From Spirulina sp. (GTDB lineage Bacteria; Cyanobacteriota; Cyanobacteriia; Phormidesmidales; Phormidesmidaceae): 64,000 nt of DNA. Positions 60,053-64,000 of the stretch are shown piece after piece (the stretch's first letter is position 1; every line of letters starts with the position of its first letter). The notes under the pieces are model-generated. The model was not told where the DNA came from. It made no database searches and was given only the letters and a program-made list of their open reading frames with translations. The stretch covers positions 1 through 64,000 of the forward strand of contig JBIPSI010000017.1 of NCBI GenBank assembly GCA_044070495.1, read 5' to 3'. A program made the translations under genes and the position numbers.

Positions 60053-62065
60053 CTAGGCGGTGGCCTGGGACAGGGGGTCGCCAAACACCGGATCGGGACG
60101 ACGGGAGGGAAGGGGTTCTGGCCCCCGGCTGGGTAGGGGGGTGAGGTGGGGCACAGGCTTGGTCGTCTGGGGCTGGAAGCCGGGAACCACTCGCTTCAGC
60201 AGAGCAATGATGGCATCGGTTTGGTTGTGGAGGGCGGCTTGGCCGAGGGCGTCGATGGTGTCATCGAGGTGGCTGGGCACCATCCCGGAGGCATTGGCGA
60301 CCACAAAGAGTTTTTGGTGCTGGGTGGCCTCGTACTGCTCTCCGGCAATGAACAGCTCTTCGTAGAGTTTTTCCCCCGGTCGCAGCCCGGTAAAGGCAAT
60401 GTGCATGGTTTTGCCCAGCTCATAGCCCGACAGGTGAATCAGTTCCTTGGCCAAATCCACAATTTTGACGGGCTGCCCCATATCCAGCATGAAGACCTCG
60501 CCGCCGCGCCCAATCACCGCCGCCTGAAGCACCAACTGCACCGCTTCGGGGATGGTCATGAAGTAGCGACAAATATCGGGGTGGGTAACGGTGACGGGGC
60601 CACCTTCGGCAATTTGGCGTTTGAAGGTAGGCACCACGCTGCCTCGACTGCCCAACACATTGCCAAAGCGCACCACCTTGTAGGGCCGACCGCTGCGTTG
60701 GGCCGCTTGGAGCACCGCCATCTCCGCCACCCGTTTGCTGGCCCCCATGATGTTGGTGGGGTTCACGGCTTTGTCGGTGGAGATCATCACAAACTGTTCG
60801 ACGGCGTATTTCTGCGCCAGGGTGACCAAATTGCGCGTGCCCTGCACGTTGTTGGTGATGGCTTCGGGGACGTTGAATTCCATCATCGGGACGTGCTTGT
60901 GGGCCGCTGCGTGGAAAATGAGCTGCGGCCTAAACTGGTCGAAGGCGTGCTCTAGGCGGGGCATAAACCGAATATCGGCAATGCAAGCGGAAATCTTGGG
61001 TAGGGTTGTCCATTGATGTTCGGCTTGCAGGCGCTTAAGGCTGGTTTCTAGCTCCTGCTGGATGGTGAAAATGGAGTTTTCCCCGTGGCCGAGCAGCAGA
61101 ATTTCGGCGGGACAACGCTGGAGCACCTGGCGGCAGAGTTCGCTACCAATAGATCCGCCCGCCCCGGTGACCATCACCCGTTGCCCTCGCACCAACTCCA
61201 ACACCGGCTGGCTGTCGAGCTGCACCGGGTCGCGCCGCAGCAGGTCTTCAATCTGCACATCGCGCACCCGGCTAACGGAAACCTGCCCGTTAAGAATTTC
61301 GTGGATACCGGGCAGGGTGAGGGTTTGCACCTCAATGGCCTGACAGAGGTCTAGCACCTCACGAATCACCCAACCGGGGGCCGTGGGCATGGCAATGATC
61401 ACCTTGCGAATGTGTAGCGACCGCACCAGTTTAGGAATGCTGTCCCGGTTTCCGGCCACGGGCAAGCGCCGGATACGCAGGTGCAGTTTGGCCGGATCGT
61501 CATCCACAAAGGCGACGGGCTTTAACCCCAGGGCCGGGTTGCGCTGCATTTCCTGCACCAGGGATACCCCAGCACTGCCCGCCCCCACCACCAGCACCCG
61601 ATCTCGGCGAAAGAAGGCGCGACGGTGATGGCCCCGGCGCTCCGCCGCCCGAATGCTAAACCGCAGGGCACCCACCAGCAAAAAGCTGAGGATGGCATCC
61701 AGCAGGGGCAGCGATTGCGGCAGGTTCTCCAGGGCAGAGAGGCCCAGATGTTGGCCCCAGAAAAACGCGGTGGTCTGCAACAGAATCGCCATCACCATGG
61801 CCAGGGCAATTTGCTGCAATTCGTCAATGCTGGCGTAGCGCCAGAAGCGTTTGTAGAAACCCAGGCCGTAGAGAATGCCCAATTTGATGATTAAAAACAG
61901 GGCAGTCAGCCACAGCAAGCCCGTCCAGTAGAGACTGACATTCAGGTGACCATCGAGGCGCAACCCTAGGGCCAGCAGGGGAGACAGCAGAAATATCACA
62001 ATATCGGCGATGACAAAATGACGATTTCGCAGATCGGCAACAGAGGATTGGGATAGGTTAAACAT
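60053..62065 (-). CDS. Membrane-anchored nucleotide-sugar 4,6-dehydratase (CapD/WbpM/PglF family)
   Basis: 4 TM; VGAG, IEDLLRR, TGAGGSIGSE, HAAAHKHVP, STDKAVNP, RFGNVLGSRGSV, RPGEKLYEEL. Confidence 0.93.
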   Translation of the reverse strand: MFNLSQSSVADLRNRHFVIADIVIFLLSPLLALGLRLDGHLNVSLYWTGLLWLTALFLIIKLGILYGLGFYKRFWRYASIDELQQIALAMVMAILLQTTAFFWGQHLGLSALENLPQSLPLLDAILSFLLVGALRFSIRAAERRGHHRRAFFRRDRVLVVGAGSAGVSLVQEMQRNPALGLKPVAFVDDDPAKLHLRIRRLPVAGNRDSIPKLVRSLHIRKVIIAMPTAPGWVIREVLDLCQAIEVQTLTLPGIHEILNGQVSVSRVRDVQIEDLLRRDPVQLDSQPVLELVRGQRVMVTGAGGSIGSELCRQVLQRCPAEILLLGHGENSIFTIQQELETSLKRLQAEHQWTTLPKISACIADIRFMPRLEHAFDQFRPQLIFHAAAHKHVPMMEFNVPEAITNNVQGTRNLVTLAQKYAVEQFVMISTDKAVNPTNIMGASKRVAEMAVLQAAQRSGRPYKVVRFGNVLGSRGSVVPTFKRQIAEGGPVTVTHPDICRYFMTIPEAVQLVLQAAVIGRGGEVFMLDMGQPVKIVDLAKELIHLSGYELGKTMHIAFTGLRPGEKLYEELFIAGEQYEATQHQKLFVVANASGMVPSHLDDTIDALGQAALHNQTDAIIALLKRVVPGFQPQTTKPVPHLTPLPSRGPEPLPSRRPDPVFGDPLSQATA

Positions 62066-62146
62066 CGTTTGTAAATCTCGCTAGGGGCTCCAAAGGTTTT
62101 GATTAAGGGGGCTAGCGGCCCTCAGGGGCGGCGGCGAAAACGGCAC

Positions 62147-63811
62147 CTAACACTTGGCTAGGTGGGAAGCGGACAGCCCCGCCCTGGGGGATGCCCGGTG
62201 AACTTGGGCCGGTAAAACTTGAGTTTTTAGGTGGTCGGCCAACCGCAGCGCCAGGGCTAGGAGGGTGAGGGTGGGGTTGGCATGGCCCCCGGTGGGAAAG
62301 ACAGAACTGCTGGCAATGAACAGATTGGCGCAGCCATGGAGTTGTCCCTGATCATCCACCACCCCCTGGCGCGGATGGCGACCCATGCGGGTGGTGCCCA
62401 TGTGGTGGGAGGAATCGGTGAGGGTGGCCCAGGCACCCTCCTGGGAGGCTGGATCGCCACCTAGCAGCGGGCTTTCTAAACGTCCTAGCCCCAAAGCTTG
62501 CAACCGCTGGCCTAGCAGATCGTGAAACCGCACCAGGCTGTCTTGATCCTGACGGGAAATGGCTAGGTAGACCTGAAGCCGGGGCATGCCCAGGGCATCC
62601 CGCTGACGACTGAGGCAAATGCGACTGTGTCGTTGGGGGCTTTGCTCTAGATGGTTGCGCAGGAGGATGTGCGGATAAGGAATAGGGCGGTTGAACCGCT
62701 TGTGTATAAAATAATGCGCCATTTCCCCCAGGTGGGGCCAAAATGCGGCGATGTCCTGATTCCGAAGGGCTCCCCACTGCCCTCGTTTGAGGTAACTGCC
62801 CACCTGTTTAAAGGTCTGGGTGGCCGCCGCTAGGTCAATGGTCGATCCAGGCAGTAATTCAACATGGTGGTTCAACATCCGGTGCTGGCGCTGCTGCGCA
62901 TCCGTCAGACGCAGACCCAACTGAACAAAGCCGCCGCGAGTCCGGCATAGATCTTGAAAAATCGGGGATCGCAGGGCTTTGGCGGTGGGATAAATCCGTC
63001 CGGCAACCAGCTTGGGATGCTCCATGTAGTAGCGCCCTACCAGGTCGTGGCCATTGCCTAGCCCGTTGGGGCAGTGCCGCTGGGAGGCCAACAGCAGCCG
63101 CGCATTTTCCCAGCCCCCGCAGGCCAAGATCACCACCCGACTGCTCACCCAAAACTGATTGCCCGAAAGCGTTTGCACCTGAAGCCGCTGAATGTTCCTG
63201 AGGTCGGGATTGGGTTCTAGTTCCGTAACGTTGGCGTTAAGGTAGATCTGGAGGTTAGGAGCCTGCCGCAGCAGGGGGCCATACATTTGGCGCAGCTTGG
63301 GCACTGAGGGGGCATAGAGCGCCACCGTGGGCGTCAGCACCGGATCTCGCCACAGATCATGCCGCCCCAGGATTTGCCCCTGCCATGCCTGGGGCGCAAA
63401 CTGCCGAGGCGTCGGCAAACCCAGCAGTTGGGCCGCTCGATCATAGAAGGGGGCTAGGGTCGCTAGGTCGAAGGGCCAGCCGCTGTCGGCTACCCAGTCG
63501 CGCTCGGCAAAATCAATGGGGTTGAGGGCCATGCACCGCCCGCCCCAGGTGTTGGTGGATCCGCCGAAATAGCGGTTGCGCGACACATAGCCCTGCGCTA
63601 ACCGCATGGGATGGCCGACGGTTTGCACGTCATAGAGGGCCTGGGTTTGGGGGTCGGGTACAAAATCGCCGCTTTCCAACAGCAACACCTGGTAGGGGGT
63701 GTTTAGAAATTCCTGGGCAATGGCAATGCCCGCTGCGCCCCCGCCCACAATGCAGATATCCGACTGCAACAGCGTTTGGGAATCCACTTGGACGGCATCA
63801 ATCACTGGCAT
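62147..63811 (-). CDS. GMC-family FAD oxidoreductase
   Basis: GGGAAG, LLESG, GGSTNTW, GRYYMEH, HHMGTTRM, SSVFPTGGHANPT. Confidence 0.9.
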   Translation of the reverse strand: MPVIDAVQVDSQTLLQSDICIVGGGAAGIAIAQEFLNTPYQVLLLESGDFVPDPQTQALYDVQTVGHPMRLAQGYVSRNRYFGGSTNTWGGRCMALNPIDFAERDWVADSGWPFDLATLAPFYDRAAQLLGLPTPRQFAPQAWQGQILGRHDLWRDPVLTPTVALYAPSVPKLRQMYGPLLRQAPNLQIYLNANVTELEPNPDLRNIQRLQVQTLSGNQFWVSSRVVILACGGWENARLLLASQRHCPNGLGNGHDLVGRYYMEHPKLVAGRIYPTAKALRSPIFQDLCRTRGGFVQLGLRLTDAQQRQHRMLNHHVELLPGSTIDLAAATQTFKQVGSYLKRGQWGALRNQDIAAFWPHLGEMAHYFIHKRFNRPIPYPHILLRNHLEQSPQRHSRICLSRQRDALGMPRLQVYLAISRQDQDSLVRFHDLLGQRLQALGLGRLESPLLGGDPASQEGAWATLTDSSHHMGTTRMGRHPRQGVVDDQGQLHGCANLFIASSSVFPTGGHANPTLTLLALALRLADHLKTQVLPAQVHRASPRAGLSASHLAKC

Positions 63812-63838
63812 GGTGGTTTAATCCTCACAATTGTTGGA

Positions 63839-63869
63839 CTCCAATCCTGATCTCCAATCCTGATCTCCA
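63839..63869. repeat. 13-bp tandem duplication
   Basis: CTCCAATCCTGAT x2 plus CTCCA. Confidence 0.8.
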
Positions 63870-63879
63870 GCCCTTGGCC

Positions 63880-64000
63880 TCAATGATTGACGGCGGCGGT
63901 TGTCCGCCCGGTCTGTTCGGCCCGATGGGACGATGGGGCCAGTGCTCGCTCAAACCCCCGCCGCAACCGATCCATCTGGCGGGTATCCAGGTGCAAAAGA
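63880..64000 (-). CDS. 3' end of an upstream polysaccharide-cluster gene (partial, product unknown)
   Basis: Open frame ..LLHLDTRQMDRLRRGFERALAPSSHRAEQTGRTTAAVNH* running off the window edge. Confidence 0.45.
   Translation of the reverse strand, partial: LLHLDTRQMDRLRRGFERALAPSSHRAEQTGRTTAAVNH

Overview
This 64-kb GC-rich chromosomal window comes from a cyanobacterium (psbU, HetP-family and DUF2949 genes, heptamer tandem repeat, cyanobacterial-type hairpin repeats); a Leptolyngbya/Nodosilinea-like host is a tentative inference. Core genes are miaA, gyrB, bioD, an EF-G paralog, xseB, recQ, rarD and glmM. Five accessory blocks are interleaved. (1) A glucose-family PTS EIICB gene with a duplicated, Cys-less second EIIB domain is followed by a cassette of cis-prenyltransferase, ferritin-like di-iron protein and a divergent HTH-STAND-TPR protein; a decayed copy of the ptsG 3' end closes the cassette. 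(2) A dead RelE/ParE-type toxin-antitoxin pair precedes an ~12-kb AraC, BASS transporter, OM barrel, arylsulfatase and DUF1254/DUF2092 island. (3) An NTT/TLC-HEAT plus cNMP-binding gene pair. (4) NYN-LOTUS nuclease, tandem psbU paralogs, hsp20 and a truncated OmpR-PAS regulator. (5) A HetP/DUF2949/YdcF/PPIase locus beside a polysaccharide cluster. Intergenic DNA holds several MITE families with different IS-type ends that carry shared REP-like hairpins; one has perfect 17-bp TIRs and a 9-bp TSD. No rRNA, tRNA, CRISPR array or intact transposase was seen. All family assignments come from motif recognition by eye, not database searches.
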